A stretch of 64,000 nt of DNA. Origin: an uncultured Actinomycetota bacterium. Its GTDB lineage: Bacteria > Actinomycetota > Actinomycetes > JAHEKZ01. Positions 53,334 to 63,649 of the stretch are shown here, one piece after another (the first letter of the stretch is position 1; every line of letters starts with the position of its first letter). The stretch spans positions 288,001-352,000 of the forward strand of contig CAVURN010000005.1 of NCBI GenBank assembly GCA_963743915.1. Direction: 5' to 3'. A program made the position numbers and the translations under genes. The notes below the pieces were generated by a model. It saw only the letters and a program-made list of their open reading frames with translations. It had not been told where the DNA came from and searched no databases.

Positions 53334-55853
53334 TTGATCCAGCTGCGCCTGATCGCCGGCGGTTCTGCACTCGCCCTTGGGGCCGGACTCCTCCTCCTGC
53401 CGCCGTCGGCCGGGGCAGCGGTGACGTGCACCGCGTTCGGCACGACGCCGGAGTACTCCGGCGTCGTGCCGACTCCCGAGGAGATTCTTGGCTTCCCCCT
53501 GGGCAGCCAGGAGACGACGCCCCGCGAGATCTCCGCCTTCGTCAGTGCCGTCGACCAGGCAAGCGACCGGGTCACCAGCGGCAGCGCTGCCACCTCGGTG
53601 GGTGGACGCCCCCTTCCCTACGCCGTGGTCGGGGCGCCGGACGCCGTCACCCCCGACGCACTGGACACGATCAGCGACCAGGCCCAGCGCCTGCGCGACC
53701 CCCTGCTGCCCGCCGGCGCGGTGGACGACCTGGTGTCGAGCACACCGGCGATCCTGTGGGTGTCGGGCAACGTCCACGGGAACGAGGAGAGCGGGGCCGA
53801 GGGCGCACTGCAGGTGCTCTACGAGCTCGCCGACCGCACCGACTGCGTCGCGGACACCGTGCTGTCCAACGCACTGGTCGTCATCCTGCCGACGCAGAAC
53901 CCGGACGGCCGGGCCGAGGACAGCCGTCGCAACCTCTACGGGTTCGACATGAACCGCGACTGGTTCGCCCGCACGCAGCCCGAGACGGACGGGAAGCTCG
54001 AGCTGCTCAGGCGCTTCCCCCCGATGCTCTATGTCGACGCCCACGAGTTCGGGTACTCAGACTTCCTGTTCCCGCCCCACGCCGACCCCGAGTACCACGA
54101 GACCCCTGACACCGTTCACGACTGGATCTTCGACGAGTACAGCCCGGCGATCGCCGCCGAGTTCGACCGCGAGAAGCTCAACTACCACCACGGCGCCCCG
54201 TACGACTTCTTCGCGAGCATCTTCGGCGACACCGTCCCCGGAGTGGGATTCCACGCAGCGGGCATGACCTTCGAGAAGGACAACCGCGACCTGCTGAGCG
54301 CCCGGTCGTTCCAACAGTTCCTGGCCATGTGGGCTTCGGTCTTCCGTGGGGCGACGGGCGGCAGCGACTGGGTACGTCAGTGGCACGAGTCCTACGTCAA
54401 CGCGTACGACGAGGGCGTTGCCGGCTCTCTCCAGCCCAACGAGGTCTACTGGCCCAAGAGCACCCTCTACCAGCAGGTGCCCAACCAACGGGTGCGCCAC
54501 TACTTCCTGCCCGACCAGCCGAGCCGCGCGTACGAGCTCGACACCTTGGTGCGCCGACTGCAGCGGATGGATGTCGACGTGTACCGGCTGACCGAGCCGC
54601 TGCGTGTCCCGAACTTCACGCCGTACGGCGGCCGGACCCATGCCGAGACTCTCCCCATCGGCTCCTACTGGATCCCGATGGCTCAGGGTCAGAAGCACTG
54701 GATCCAGTCGATGCTCGCCAGGGAGACCTACATCCCGGTCAAGGTGACCTACGACGTCACGTCGTGGAGCAACCCCCTCCTGCTGAACCTGGACGGGGGA
54801 TCGAGCGGCGACGTGCTGGCTCCGAGCGCTGAGCTCGTTCCCCGGGTCACCACACCAGGGTGGGACGGACGTGGTGGCGTCCCGTCCGTGGGGCTGTTCG
54901 AGATCCCCGGGTCGTCCCGCGGGTTCGAGTCCGCCGGCCAGACGCGCTACCTCTTCGAGCGCATGTGGGGTCTGCCCTACCGCATGGTGACGGCCAACGA
55001 CATCATCGGCGGGCTCCGCGACGTCGACGTCCTTGTCGTGCCGGACGGCTACTCCAACTACGCCATGCAGGCTCTCGGGTCGAAGGGCAAGAGAGCGCTG
55101 CGCACTTGGGTGAGCGACGGGGGTCGATACGTCGGATGGCAGGGCGGCACCCGGATTGCGATCAGCTCGGGCCTGTCCACGGTGACGCTGGCGAACACGA
55201 AGGCGAACGCACCCGGCACGCTCATCCGCACCGTCCTCGACACCGACAGCCCGCTGTCGACCGGTGTCGGCAGGACCGTGTGGGTCATGTACGACAACAA
55301 CGAGACGATGAGCACCGCCTTCTCCGCCGGCGGGTTCCCGTCGCCGGGATCACCGGCGTACGCCACGTCCGGTCTTGCGGAGAAGGTGGGCGCGCTTGCG
55401 GGGACGTCGTTCGTGGCTGACGAGCCCCTCGGCAGCGGACGCGTCATCACCTTCTCGATCGACCCGAACTTCCGGGCCTGGTCGCTCGGCACCCACCGGT
55501 TGCTGTGGAATGCCATCACCGGACCGGACCCGGACGCCGTCGGAGCCAGGTTCGCTCGGGGCGAGCGGCGCGCGGTGGCGGTCGACCGGGCCCGGACGGC
55601 CGAGCGCGCGACCCCGGAGATGGGCGACGCGCTGCGGGTGGCGGTGCCCAGGGAGCAGGTGGCGGCTGCTCGTGCTGCGCTGCGTCCGCTCGGGCTACGG
55701 GTGGTGACCACACCCGAAGGCGAGCTCAGCATCGTCGCGGTCGCGAACGTCGAGCATGTCGGCCTGGAGGAGAGCCGGCGGCTGGCTCGCGTGCTTCCCC
55801 GCCTTCAGCGCGCCGACATCACGATCGTGTGGGCCAACCTCCCGGGGCCGTGA
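53334..55853 (+). CDS. Secreted M14 zinc carboxypeptidase with C-terminal GATase-like domain
   Basis: Signal peptide; HGNE, NPDG, RRN...DMNRD, DAHE; TTG start after GGAGG. Confidence 0.85.
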   Translation: MIQLRLIAGGSALALGAGLLLLPPSAGAAVTCTAFGTTPEYSGVVPTPEEILGFPLGSQETTPREISAFVSAVDQASDRVTSGSAATSVGGRPLPYAVVGAPDAVTPDALDTISDQAQRLRDPLLPAGAVDDLVSSTPAILWVSGNVHGNEESGAEGALQVLYELADRTDCVADTVLSNALVVILPTQNPDGRAEDSRRNLYGFDMNRDWFARTQPETDGKLELLRRFPPMLYVDAHEFGYSDFLFPPHADPEYHETPDTVHDWIFDEYSPAIAAEFDREKLNYHHGAPYDFFASIFGDTVPGVGFHAAGMTFEKDNRDLLSARSFQQFLAMWASVFRGATGGSDWVRQWHESYVNAYDEGVAGSLQPNEVYWPKSTLYQQVPNQRVRHYFLPDQPSRAYELDTLVRRLQRMDVDVYRLTEPLRVPNFTPYGGRTHAETLPIGSYWIPMAQGQKHWIQSMLARETYIPVKVTYDVTSWSNPLLLNLDGGSSGDVLAPSAELVPRVTTPGWDGRGGVPSVGLFEIPGSSRGFESAGQTRYLFERMWGLPYRMVTANDIIGGLRDVDVLVVPDGYSNYAMQALGSKGKRALRTWVSDGGRYVGWQGGTRIAISSGLSTVTLANTKANAPGTLIRTVLDTDSPLSTGVGRTVWVMYDNNETMSTAFSAGGFPSPGSPAYATSGLAEKVGALAGTSFVADEPLGSGRVITFSIDPNFRAWSLGTHRLLWNAITGPDPDAVGARFARGERRAVAVDRARTAERATPEMGDALRVAVPREQVAAARAALRPLGLRVVTTPEGELSIVAVANVEHVGLEESRRLARVLPRLQRADITIVWANLPGP

Positions 55854-55863
55854 GCGGAACAGC

Positions 55864-55919
55864 ACACCTTTGGGGAAACTCGTCGGGGTCATAGCCCGGA
55901 GGAGTTACCCCAAAGGTGT
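55864..55919. repeat. Long inverted repeat between convergent genes (REP-like / bidirectional terminator)
   Basis: ACACCTTTGGGGAAACTC (55864-81) vs GAGTTACCCCAAAGGTGT (55902-19), 17/18 complementary. Confidence 0.75.
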
Positions 55920-56692
55920 CAAAGGCGGACGAGACGCTGGGCGTCGTCGAAGAGCGACCGCTGCGCCGATCGCGCCGCGATGACGGCCGCCATGAAGGCA
56001 GCGCCGAGCAGCATGTACATGACCACGATCTGGTAGCGGATGGCGTCCCACGGGTCGACGCCCGCCAGGATCAGACCGGTCATGGCACCCGGCAGTGAGA
56101 TCAGCCCCACCACCTTGGTGGTGTCGACGGCCGGCACCAGCGCGGTGCGCACCGCGGTGCGGTAGGGCTGCAGGAATGCCGACCCGGTCGAGAGCCCGAG
56201 GGCGAGCCGCGCCTCGATCTTCTCGCGCTGGTCGGCGACGACGTCCACCGTGCGCTGCAGCGCCAGTCCCGCGGTCACCATCGCGGTGCTCACCACCATG
56301 CCGCCGACCGGGATCACCACGCGCGGCACCGCGTCGATGGTGCCGAGGGCCAGCAGCAGGCCCATCGTCGCCGCGACGGCGACACCGATGCCCCACCAGG
56401 CATGCTGCCGCGCACCCGGGATGCCGGCTGCGCGGCGTCCTGCGACGAAACCGGCGATCACCACCATGATCAACAGCCACCCGAAGGCTGCCGGCAGGCC
56501 ACCCTGCTCGAACACGACGAGCAGAAGCGCACCCACGGCGGCCAGCTGCACCAGGGCACGGACCGCCGCGACAGCGACCTCGCGCTCGAGCCCGAGCTTC
56601 TGCCGCCAGGAGATCAGCACCGCCACCAGGACCAGCGCGGCCGATGCTGCGACCCCGAGCCAGGTCGGGATGTTGGCGGTGCTCGAACCCAT
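55919..56692 (-). CDS. fetB: ABC transporter permease UPF0014 (FetB/YbbM-like)
   Basis: R..VQL, IP..GM, IEA.LALG, VGLISLPGAMTG.ILAG..P..A..YQI. Confidence 0.85.
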   Translation of the reverse strand: MGSSTANIPTWLGVAASAALVLVAVLISWRQKLGLEREVAVAAVRALVQLAAVGALLLVVFEQGGLPAAFGWLLIMVVIAGFVAGRRAAGIPGARQHAWWGIGVAVAATMGLLLALGTIDAVPRVVIPVGGMVVSTAMVTAGLALQRTVDVVADQREKIEARLALGLSTGSAFLQPYRTAVRTALVPAVDTTKVVGLISLPGAMTGLILAGVDPWDAIRYQIVVMYMLLGAAFMAAVIAARSAQRSLFDDAQRLVRL

Positions 56693-56695
56693 GGC

Positions 56696-57388
56696 TCACT
56701 CTCCTCCCAGGTAGGTGACGGTCGCGGGGTCTCCGCGCTCGACGAGGCGTCCCGCGTCGAGGACGAGGGCGTCGTGCGTGAGGGCGGCCGCACGGTGCCG
56801 GTCGTGCGTCACCAGCACGACGGAGAGGCCCTCGGCCGCCAGCCCGGCGATGACCGCGTCCACGGCCTCCGCCGACCGGTCGTCGAGCGCACTGGTGGGC
56901 TCGTCGAGCAGCAGCACCTCCGGCCCGACGGCGAGCGCGCGGGCCAGCGCGAGCCGCTGCTGCTCCCCGCCGGAGAGGTCACCGGGCCGGCGGTCACGGC
57001 CGATGTGGTCGAGTGCGACGCGGGTCAGCAGCTCGTCGACGGCGTGCTCGGGAAGGGTGGGCTCGCCGACTCTCACCTCGTCGTCGACCCGTTCGGTCAG
57101 CATGGTGGCGCGTTGGGCGACGAGGCCGACCCGACGGCGCAGGTCGCGGACGTCGAGGTCGGGCAGCGGAACACCGTGGAACAGGACGCGACCCGCGGTC
57201 GGTTCCTCGAAGCGGTTGAGCATGCGCAGCAGCGTCGACTTGCCGGAACCGCTGGGACCGACCACCGCCGTCACGTGACCCTCGTGGATGTGGTCGCTGA
57301 CGGCGTCCAGGATGGCGCGCTCGCCGATCCGGAAGGTGACCGCGTCCAGCGTGAACAGCTCGGGTGCAGCACCCTCGGTGTGCGGCAT
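56696..57388 (-). CDS. fetA: ABC transporter ATP-binding protein (FetA-like)
   Basis: GPSGSGKST, LSGGEQQR, LLDEPTSALD; TGATG overlap with tnaA. Confidence 0.8.
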   Translation of the reverse strand: MPHTEGAAPELFTLDAVTFRIGERAILDAVSDHIHEGHVTAVVGPSGSGKSTLLRMLNRFEEPTAGRVLFHGVPLPDLDVRDLRRRVGLVAQRATMLTERVDDEVRVGEPTLPEHAVDELLTRVALDHIGRDRRPGDLSGGEQQRLALARALAVGPEVLLLDEPTSALDDRSAEAVDAVIAGLAAEGLSVVLVTHDRHRAAALTHDALVLDAGRLVERGDPATVTYLGGE

Positions 57389-58788
57389 CAGACCGTCGGG
57401 AGTGGCTCGAAGCGTGCCGTGAAGTGCCGGAGCTGGTGCGGTTGCTCGACGATGCGGTAGCCGGGAAGCGTGTCGGCGCGACGGGCGACCTCCTGGCACA
57501 CCTCGATGACGTAGTCGATGTGGCTCTGGGTGTAGGTGCGACGCGGGATGGCCAGCCGGACGAGGTCCATCGAGGCGGCCACCTCGCTGCCGTCGGCCTG
57601 GCGTCCGAACATGACGGTGCCGATCTCGCAGCCACGCACGCCGCCGACCTCGTACAGCGCGACCGCCAGCGACTGTCCTGGATAGCTGAGCGGATCGAGG
57701 TGGGGCAGCAGCGCGCGCGCGTCGAGGTAGACCGCATGGCCGCCGATCGGCCGCACCACGGGGATGCCGGCCGCATGCAGTGCCTCTCCGAGATAGGCGG
57801 TGGAGCGGATGCGGTAGCGGAGGTAGTCGTGGTCGACGACCTCGGACAGGCCTTGCGCCAGGGCCTCGAGGTCACGGCCGGCCAGCCCGCCGTACGTCGG
57901 AAAGCCTTCGGTGAGGATGAGCAGGTTGCGGCACTGTTCGGCAAGCGCGTCGTCGTCCATCGCGAGCCACCCGCCGATGTTCCCCATCGGGTCCTTCTTG
58001 GCACTCATCGTCATGCCGTCGGCGACCGCCGCCATCTCGCGGACGATGGCTCGGACATCCCGGTCACCCATGCCGGCCTCACGCTCGCGGATGAACCAGG
58101 CGTTCTCGGCGAACCGACACGCGTCGAGGAAGAGCGGCAGTCCGTAGCGGTCGCAGACCTCGCGCACCTCGAGCAGGTTGGCCAGGGAGACCGGTTGTCC
58201 GCCTCCCGAGTTGTTGGTCACCGTCATCATGACCACGGGAACGTCGGCGGCCCGCTCGGCGAGCAGCTGCTCCAGCGCCGGGACGTCCATGTTGCCCTTG
58301 AAGGGGTGCTCGGACTGTGGGTCCCGCCCCTCGGGGATCACCAGGTCGAGGGCCTCGGCGCCGCTGGCTTCGACGTTCGCGCGGGTGGTGTCGAAGTGTG
58401 TGTTGTTGGGCACGACCTTCCCCGGACCGCCGAGGGCGGTGAAGAGGATCCGCTCGGCGGCGCGCCCCTGGTGCGTGGGGATCACATGGGCGAACGGGAA
58501 GAGGTCCTGCACGGCGTCCTGGAACACGAACCAGGACGGGGAACCGGCGTAGGACTCGTCGCCGTGCTGGATCGCGGCCCACTGGTCCCGGGACATCGCT
58601 CCGGTCCCGGAGTCGGTCAGCAGGTCGATCAGGACGTCCTCGGCGCGCAGGTTGAACAGGTTGCACCCGGCCTCGGCCAGGGCGTCACGCCGCTCGGCCT
58701 CGGTGGTCAGCCGAAGGGGCTCCACCGAGTGAATCCGGAACGGCTCGATGATCGTGCGGGCCCGCCAGCGGTCCTGCTCCTGCGTCAT
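57388..58788 (-). CDS. tnaA: Tryptophanase
   Basis: EPFRI..VE, IDLLTDSGT, HQGRAAE, HFDTT, MSAKKD (PLP Lys), CEIG, RLAIPRR, LRHFTARF. Confidence 0.88.
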   Translation of the reverse strand: MTQEQDRWRARTIIEPFRIHSVEPLRLTTEAERRDALAEAGCNLFNLRAEDVLIDLLTDSGTGAMSRDQWAAIQHGDESYAGSPSWFVFQDAVQDLFPFAHVIPTHQGRAAERILFTALGGPGKVVPNNTHFDTTRANVEASGAEALDLVIPEGRDPQSEHPFKGNMDVPALEQLLAERAADVPVVMMTVTNNSGGGQPVSLANLLEVREVCDRYGLPLFLDACRFAENAWFIREREAGMGDRDVRAIVREMAAVADGMTMSAKKDPMGNIGGWLAMDDDALAEQCRNLLILTEGFPTYGGLAGRDLEALAQGLSEVVDHDYLRYRIRSTAYLGEALHAAGIPVVRPIGGHAVYLDARALLPHLDPLSYPGQSLAVALYEVGGVRGCEIGTVMFGRQADGSEVAASMDLVRLAIPRRTYTQSHIDYVIEVCQEVARRADTLPGYRIVEQPHQLRHFTARFEPLPTV

Positions 58789-58797
58789 GGCCGCAGG

Positions 58798-60423
58798 CTA
58801 TGCCTTGCCGGCGGCCGCGTCAGCGTCCTCCAGGCGCGGGAAGAGCGCATCCCCCTTGGTGAGCGTGCACCCCGCGGGCAGGACACCCCAGCGTCCGGCG
58901 TCCTGCACACGCTGATCGGCCAGGGGGCCGAGAGCCGGCTCGGCGCCGAGCAGGCTCCAGATCCGTTGGGCGGACGTGGGCATGACGGCCGCGTACAGCA
59001 CCGCCAGCGCCCGGAGTGAGTCCGCGGCGGCGTACAGGATCGTCGCGAGCCGGTCCCGCTCAGCCTCGTCCTTCGCCACCTTCCACGGCTCCTGCTCGGT
59101 CACGTAGCCGTTGACCGCCTCGACGAACCCGCGCACGGCGGCCAGCCCGTCGTGGAAGCGCAGGTCGGTCATGGCGGCGTCAGCGGTCGCGACCGCAGAG
59201 GCGAGTGCGGAGGCGAGCTGGTACTCGGCGTCGCGTTCGTCGGAGGGGGCCGGAAGTGTTCCGTCGAAGTACTTGCCCACCATGGCCGCCACGCGCGAGG
59301 CGAGGTTTCCGAGCCCGTTGGCCAGCTCCGAGGTGTACACCGCGCTCATGTGCTCCCAGGAGAACGAGCCGTCGTGCCCGAACGGGATGGCGCTGAGGAA
59401 GTAGTAGCGGAAGGCGTCCGCACCGAAGTGGTCGGTGATCTGCTCCGGCGCGATCCCGGTGAGCTTGGACTTGCTCATCTTCTCGCCACCGACGAGCAGC
59501 CAGCCGTGGGCGAACACCTTGCCCGGCAGCGGAAGCCCGGCCGCCATGAGCATGGCCGGCCAGATGACGGCGTGGAACCGCAGGATGTCCTTGCCGACCA
59601 GGTGGACGTCGGACGGCCAGGTCGTCGCGAACTGTTGCTCGAGCGCCGGGTCCTGCTCGCCGTACCCGATGGCGGTGGCGTAGTTGAGCAGCGCGTCGAA
59701 CCAGACGTAGGTGACCTGGGAGGTGTCCCACGGGATCGGGATGCCCCAGGCGAACGACGACCGCGAGATCGACAGGTCGGTCAGTCCCGACTCGATGAAG
59801 CTGAGGACCTCGTTGCGCGCGGACGCAGGTGCGACGGCGTCGGGATGGGCGCGGTAGTGGTCGAGCAGCGGCTCGGTGTAGGCGGACAGCCGAAAGAACC
59901 AGTTCGTCTCGGAGACGGTCTCGACGGGGCGGGAGTGGATCGGACAGATCTGCACCCCGTCCTCGCCCTCCTCCAGGTCTCCCGGCAGCTTGAACTCCTC
60001 GCAGCCCACGCAGTACGGACCGGTGTAGGACCCTTCGTAGATCTCGCCCTTGTCGTACAGGTGCTGCAGGAAGGCCTGGACGCGCCGCGCGTGGCGCTCC
60101 TCTGTGGTGCGGATGAAGTCGTCGTTGGCGACTTCGAGCAGGTCGAGCAGGGGAAGCCAGGCGTCCGTCACCAGCCGGTCGACCCACTCCTGCGGGTCGG
60201 CACCGTTCGCCTCAGCCGACCGCATCACCTTCTGGCCATGCTCGTCGGTGCCGGTGAGGAACCACACGCGTTCGCCCCGCTGCCGGTGCCAGCGGGTCAG
60301 GACGTCCCCCGCGACGGTCGTGTAGGCGTGGCCGATGTGCGGAGCGTCGTTGACGTAGTAGATCGGCGTCGTGACGTAGTACGCCTTGTCCGACTGCTCG
60401 GTAGACGACTGGAGGGCGCTCAC
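58798..60423 (-). CDS. metG: Methionine--tRNA ligase (short form, no C-terminal tRNA-binding domain)
   Basis: TTPIYY, HIGH, GTDEHG, YVWFDAL, KMSKS. Confidence 0.97.
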   Translation of the reverse strand: MSALQSSTEQSDKAYYVTTPIYYVNDAPHIGHAYTTVAGDVLTRWHRQRGERVWFLTGTDEHGQKVMRSAEANGADPQEWVDRLVTDAWLPLLDLLEVANDDFIRTTEERHARRVQAFLQHLYDKGEIYEGSYTGPYCVGCEEFKLPGDLEEGEDGVQICPIHSRPVETVSETNWFFRLSAYTEPLLDHYRAHPDAVAPASARNEVLSFIESGLTDLSISRSSFAWGIPIPWDTSQVTYVWFDALLNYATAIGYGEQDPALEQQFATTWPSDVHLVGKDILRFHAVIWPAMLMAAGLPLPGKVFAHGWLLVGGEKMSKSKLTGIAPEQITDHFGADAFRYYFLSAIPFGHDGSFSWEHMSAVYTSELANGLGNLASRVAAMVGKYFDGTLPAPSDERDAEYQLASALASAVATADAAMTDLRFHDGLAAVRGFVEAVNGYVTEQEPWKVAKDEAERDRLATILYAAADSLRALAVLYAAVMPTSAQRIWSLLGAEPALGPLADQRVQDAGRWGVLPAGCTLTKGDALFPRLEDADAAAGKA

Positions 60424-60530
60424 CCGAAGATCTTAGGGCGCGCTCTTCGTCGAACCGCTCCGAGGCCCACCGAGTGCGTGCCCGGTGGACACCACAGCGC
60501 GTCGAGTGCGCCCGGTGACAGGATCGGGGC

Positions 60531-61367
60531 GTGTCCACTCCCGTGACCGGTCTGCTGGTCCTTGCTGCCACACCGATCGGCAACGTCCGCGACGCCTCCC
60601 CCCGGCTGCGCGAGCTGCTCGCGACGGCGGACGTGGTCGCCGCCGAGGACACGCGCCGACTCCGACGCCTGGCCTCGGCGCTCGAGGTAGAGATCGGTGG
60701 CGCCGTCGTCTCCTACCACGAGCACAACGAGGGGTCTCGGACGCGTGACCTGGTCGAGCGCATGAGAGCAGGACAGACCGTGGCCCTGGTCACCGACGCC
60801 GGGATGCCGTCGGTCAGCGATCCGGGCTATCGCTTGGTGGCGGCGTGCATCGCGGCGGACATTCCGGTGAGCACCGCACCCGGGCCTTCAGCGGCGTTGG
60901 CCGCCCTCGCGGCGTCCGGCCTGCCGGTCGACCGGTTCTGCTTCGAAGGATTCCTGCCGCGCAAGCCCGGCCAGCGTCGTGAGCGCTTGCGTTCGCTGGT
61001 CGGCGAAGAGCGCACGATGGTGTTCTTCGAGGCACCGCACCGACTGGCGGATGTGCTGTCCGACATGGTCGACCTGTGGGACGCCGAACGCCGGGCGGCA
61101 GTCTGCCGAGAGCTGACGAAGACCTACGAGGAGGTACGGCGCGGATCTGTTGCAGAGCTCGCCGCTTGGGCGAGCGACGGCGTCCGTGGTGAGATCACCC
61201 TGGTGGTCGCCGGCGCGTCACCGTTGCCGCCAGCCCTGACCGACGACGAGCTCCGGGAGCAGGTCGACCAGCTCGTGGCGTCAGGGCTCTCGCGCAAGGA
61301 CGCCATCTCTGTCCTCGCCGAGCGCACCGGCATCCCACGGCGCCGGGTGTACAACGCCTCGATCTGA
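60531..61367 (+). CDS. rsmI: 16S rRNA (cytidine1402-2'-O)-methyltransferase
   Basis: ATPIGN, AEDTR, DAGMP.VSDPG, FEGFLP, RELTK.YEE. Confidence 0.96.
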   Translation: MSTPVTGLLVLAATPIGNVRDASPRLRELLATADVVAAEDTRRLRRLASALEVEIGGAVVSYHEHNEGSRTRDLVERMRAGQTVALVTDAGMPSVSDPGYRLVAACIAADIPVSTAPGPSAALAALAASGLPVDRFCFEGFLPRKPGQRRERLRSLVGEERTMVFFEAPHRLADVLSDMVDLWDAERRAAVCRELTKTYEEVRRGSVAELAAWASDGVRGEITLVVAGASPLPPALTDDELREQVDQLVASGLSRKDAISVLAERTGIPRRRVYNASI

Positions 61368-61443
61368 CGCGTGTCCACCAGGCACGCACTCGACGGGCTG
61401 GGCGTCGGTCGGAGGGACGCTGAGCGCGTTCTAGGATGCCTGG

Positions 61444-63051
61444 GTGACGGCGACAGCGGGCCTGGGAGCGGTCCACCCCACCGCTGTCCCTGAGTCGCGA
61501 GAGGTCGCCGAGCACCGCGCGCAGGTACGTCGTCGGCTGCTGCCGCCGGGCCCCACCGATCGCGTCGCCGGCTGGGTCGGTGCGCTGGCGGTCACGGTGC
61601 TCGGCGGCATCCTGCGCTTCTGGGAGCTCGGCAAGCCTCGCGCCTTCATCTTCGACGAGACGTACTACGCAAAGGACGCGTACGGCCTGCTCCAGCACGG
61701 CTACGAGCAGGACTTCGTCGAGAAGGCCGACGAGCGGATCCTGCAGGGGAACCTCAACGTGTTCTCCGACACCGCGTCGTTCGTCGTCCATCCGCCACTG
61801 GGCAAGTGGATCATCGCGAGCGGCGAGCAGCTGTTCGGCATGAACCCGTTCGGCTGGCGCGTTGCGGTCGCGGTGCTGGGCACTCTCAGTGTCCTGCTCC
61901 TGGCCCGGCTCGTGCGACGCGTCACCGGATCCACTGTGCTCGGGACCATCGCCGGCTTCCTCCTGGCGATCGACGGGCTGCATCTCGTCATGAGCCGCTC
62001 CGCACTCCTCGACCTGCCCGTGTCGTTCTTCGTGCTTGCGGCGTTCGGCGCCCTCGTCATGGACCGCGAGCAGGGGCGCCGCCGCGCGGCCGAACGACTG
62101 GACCGGTTCGAGACCAGCAACCTCGGCCCGGGCCTGGGGTTCCGCCCCTGGCGCATCGCGGCGGGTGTGCTGCTCGGCTGCGCCCTCGGCACCAAGTGGA
62201 ACGCCATCTTCTTCATCGCCACCTTCGGTCTCCTGACGGTGTGGTGGGACGTGTCGGCGCGTCGAGTGGCCGGTGCTCGGTCCCCGTGGCTCGGCGCACT
62301 GCGACATGACGCGCTGCCAGCGTTCCTCTCCATCGTCCCGCCCGCCCTGGTCACGTACGTCGTCACCTGGACGGGCTGGCTCGTCACCGATGGCGGCTAC
62401 TACCGCACGTGGGCCGACGACAACCCCTCGAGCACATTCGGCTGGATCCCTGGCCCGCTGCGCTCCCTGTGGCACTACCACCATGAGGCCTTCGCCTTTC
62501 ACACCGGGCTGTCCAGCGACCACGCGTACGAGTCGCATCCGTGGAGCTGGCTGGTGCAGGGCCGACCGGTGTCCTTCTACTACAAGGAGTACACCGACGG
62601 GCAGCTCGGCTGCACGGTGGAGAAGTGCGCTCGCGAGGTTCTGGCGGTCGGGAACCCCGTGCTCTGGTGGAGTGTCGCACTCGCCCTCCTGGTGATGGTG
62701 TGGCTCGTGATCAGCAGACGCGACTGGCGGGCAGGTGCCGTGCTCGCGGCGGTCGCCGCCGGCTGGCTGCCGTGGTTCTGGTACGCCGACCACAACGAGC
62801 GCACCATGTTCTCGTTCTACGCCGTGGCGTTCGTTCCCTTCCTCGTGATGGCCGTCACCCTGTGCCTCGGGTTCGTCCTCGGCCCCAAGGACGCGTCGCC
62901 CGCGCGGCGCACGGCGGGCGCCACCGCCGTGGGCGCCTACCTGCTCCTCGCTCTGCTCGCAGCAGTGGTCCTGACGCCGCTCTGGCTCGGCCAGGTGATC
63001 CCCTACGACAGCTGGCTGGACCGTCTGCTCGGCATCCAGTCCTGGGTGTGA
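61444..63051 (+). CDS. pmt: Protein O-mannosyltransferase
   Basis: FDETYY, VHPPLGKW, FGWR, SR.ALLD, H.YES.PWSW. Confidence 0.92.
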   Translation: MTATAGLGAVHPTAVPESREVAEHRAQVRRRLLPPGPTDRVAGWVGALAVTVLGGILRFWELGKPRAFIFDETYYAKDAYGLLQHGYEQDFVEKADERILQGNLNVFSDTASFVVHPPLGKWIIASGEQLFGMNPFGWRVAVAVLGTLSVLLLARLVRRVTGSTVLGTIAGFLLAIDGLHLVMSRSALLDLPVSFFVLAAFGALVMDREQGRRRAAERLDRFETSNLGPGLGFRPWRIAAGVLLGCALGTKWNAIFFIATFGLLTVWWDVSARRVAGARSPWLGALRHDALPAFLSIVPPALVTYVVTWTGWLVTDGGYYRTWADDNPSSTFGWIPGPLRSLWHYHHEAFAFHTGLSSDHAYESHPWSWLVQGRPVSFYYKEYTDGQLGCTVEKCAREVLAVGNPVLWWSVALALLVMVWLVISRRDWRAGAVLAAVAAGWLPWFWYADHNERTMFSFYAVAFVPFLVMAVTLCLGFVLGPKDASPARRTAGATAVGAYLLLALLAAVVLTPLWLGQVIPYDSWLDRLLGIQSWV

Positions 63052-63082
63052 GTGCGCCTCGCGCACGACCTAGGCTCAAGGG

Positions 63083-63649
63083 GTGACCATGCGTACCCGT
63101 TCCCTGCTGGCCCTCATCGTCTCGTTCCTCGCGTTGGGGGCGGTGGCGCTCCCGGCGTCCGCCCACAGCGAGCTGCTGCAGAGCACCCCCGCGGACGGGG
63201 AGCAGCTCACCGAGGCGCCCGCCGAGATCGAGCTGGTCTTCGGCGAGGCAGTGCAGCAGCAGGGCGGCGCGATCATCGTCAAGGGTCCCGACGGCACGCG
63301 CTACGACCGGGCGGCATCGTTCACCACCGACGAGAACGTCGCGACGATCGGGCTGGTAGCAGCCACCGACCCGGGCGAGTACAGCGTGGCGTACCGCGTC
63401 GTGAGTGCCGACGGCCACGTGGTCAGCGACACCTTCACGTACGAGCTGCTTGCCACAGACCCCTCACCCACGACCGTGCAGTCCGCGCCCGACGCCAGCC
63501 CTCTCGCGGGGACGCCGACAGATGACGGAGCCGGAGAGGGTTCGGACATCGGTTTCGTCTGGGTCCTGGGGCTCGGAGCGATCGGGCTCGTGCTGCTTGC
63601 CGCGGTGATCGCCGTGGCGGTGCGAGGTCGGCGTGGTCGCGAAGGTTGA
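63083..63649 (+). CDS. copC: Copper resistance CopC protein with C-terminal TM anchor
   Basis: ASA|HSEL..STP, YRVVSADGH; C-terminal TM + basic tail. Confidence 0.9.
   Translation: MTMRTRSLLALIVSFLALGAVALPASAHSELLQSTPADGEQLTEAPAEIELVFGEAVQQQGGAIIVKGPDGTRYDRAASFTTDENVATIGLVAATDPGEYSVAYRVVSADGHVVSDTFTYELLATDPSPTTVQSAPDASPLAGTPTDDGAGEGSDIGFVWVLGLGAIGLVLLAAVIAVAVRGRRGREG

Noticed and set aside
57388-58788. Tyrosine phenol-lyase
   Set aside because: Has tryptophanase-type residues (HFDTT, SAKKD, CEIG, LRHF) instead of TPL-type (YFTTT, SGKKD, MERG, LRFF)
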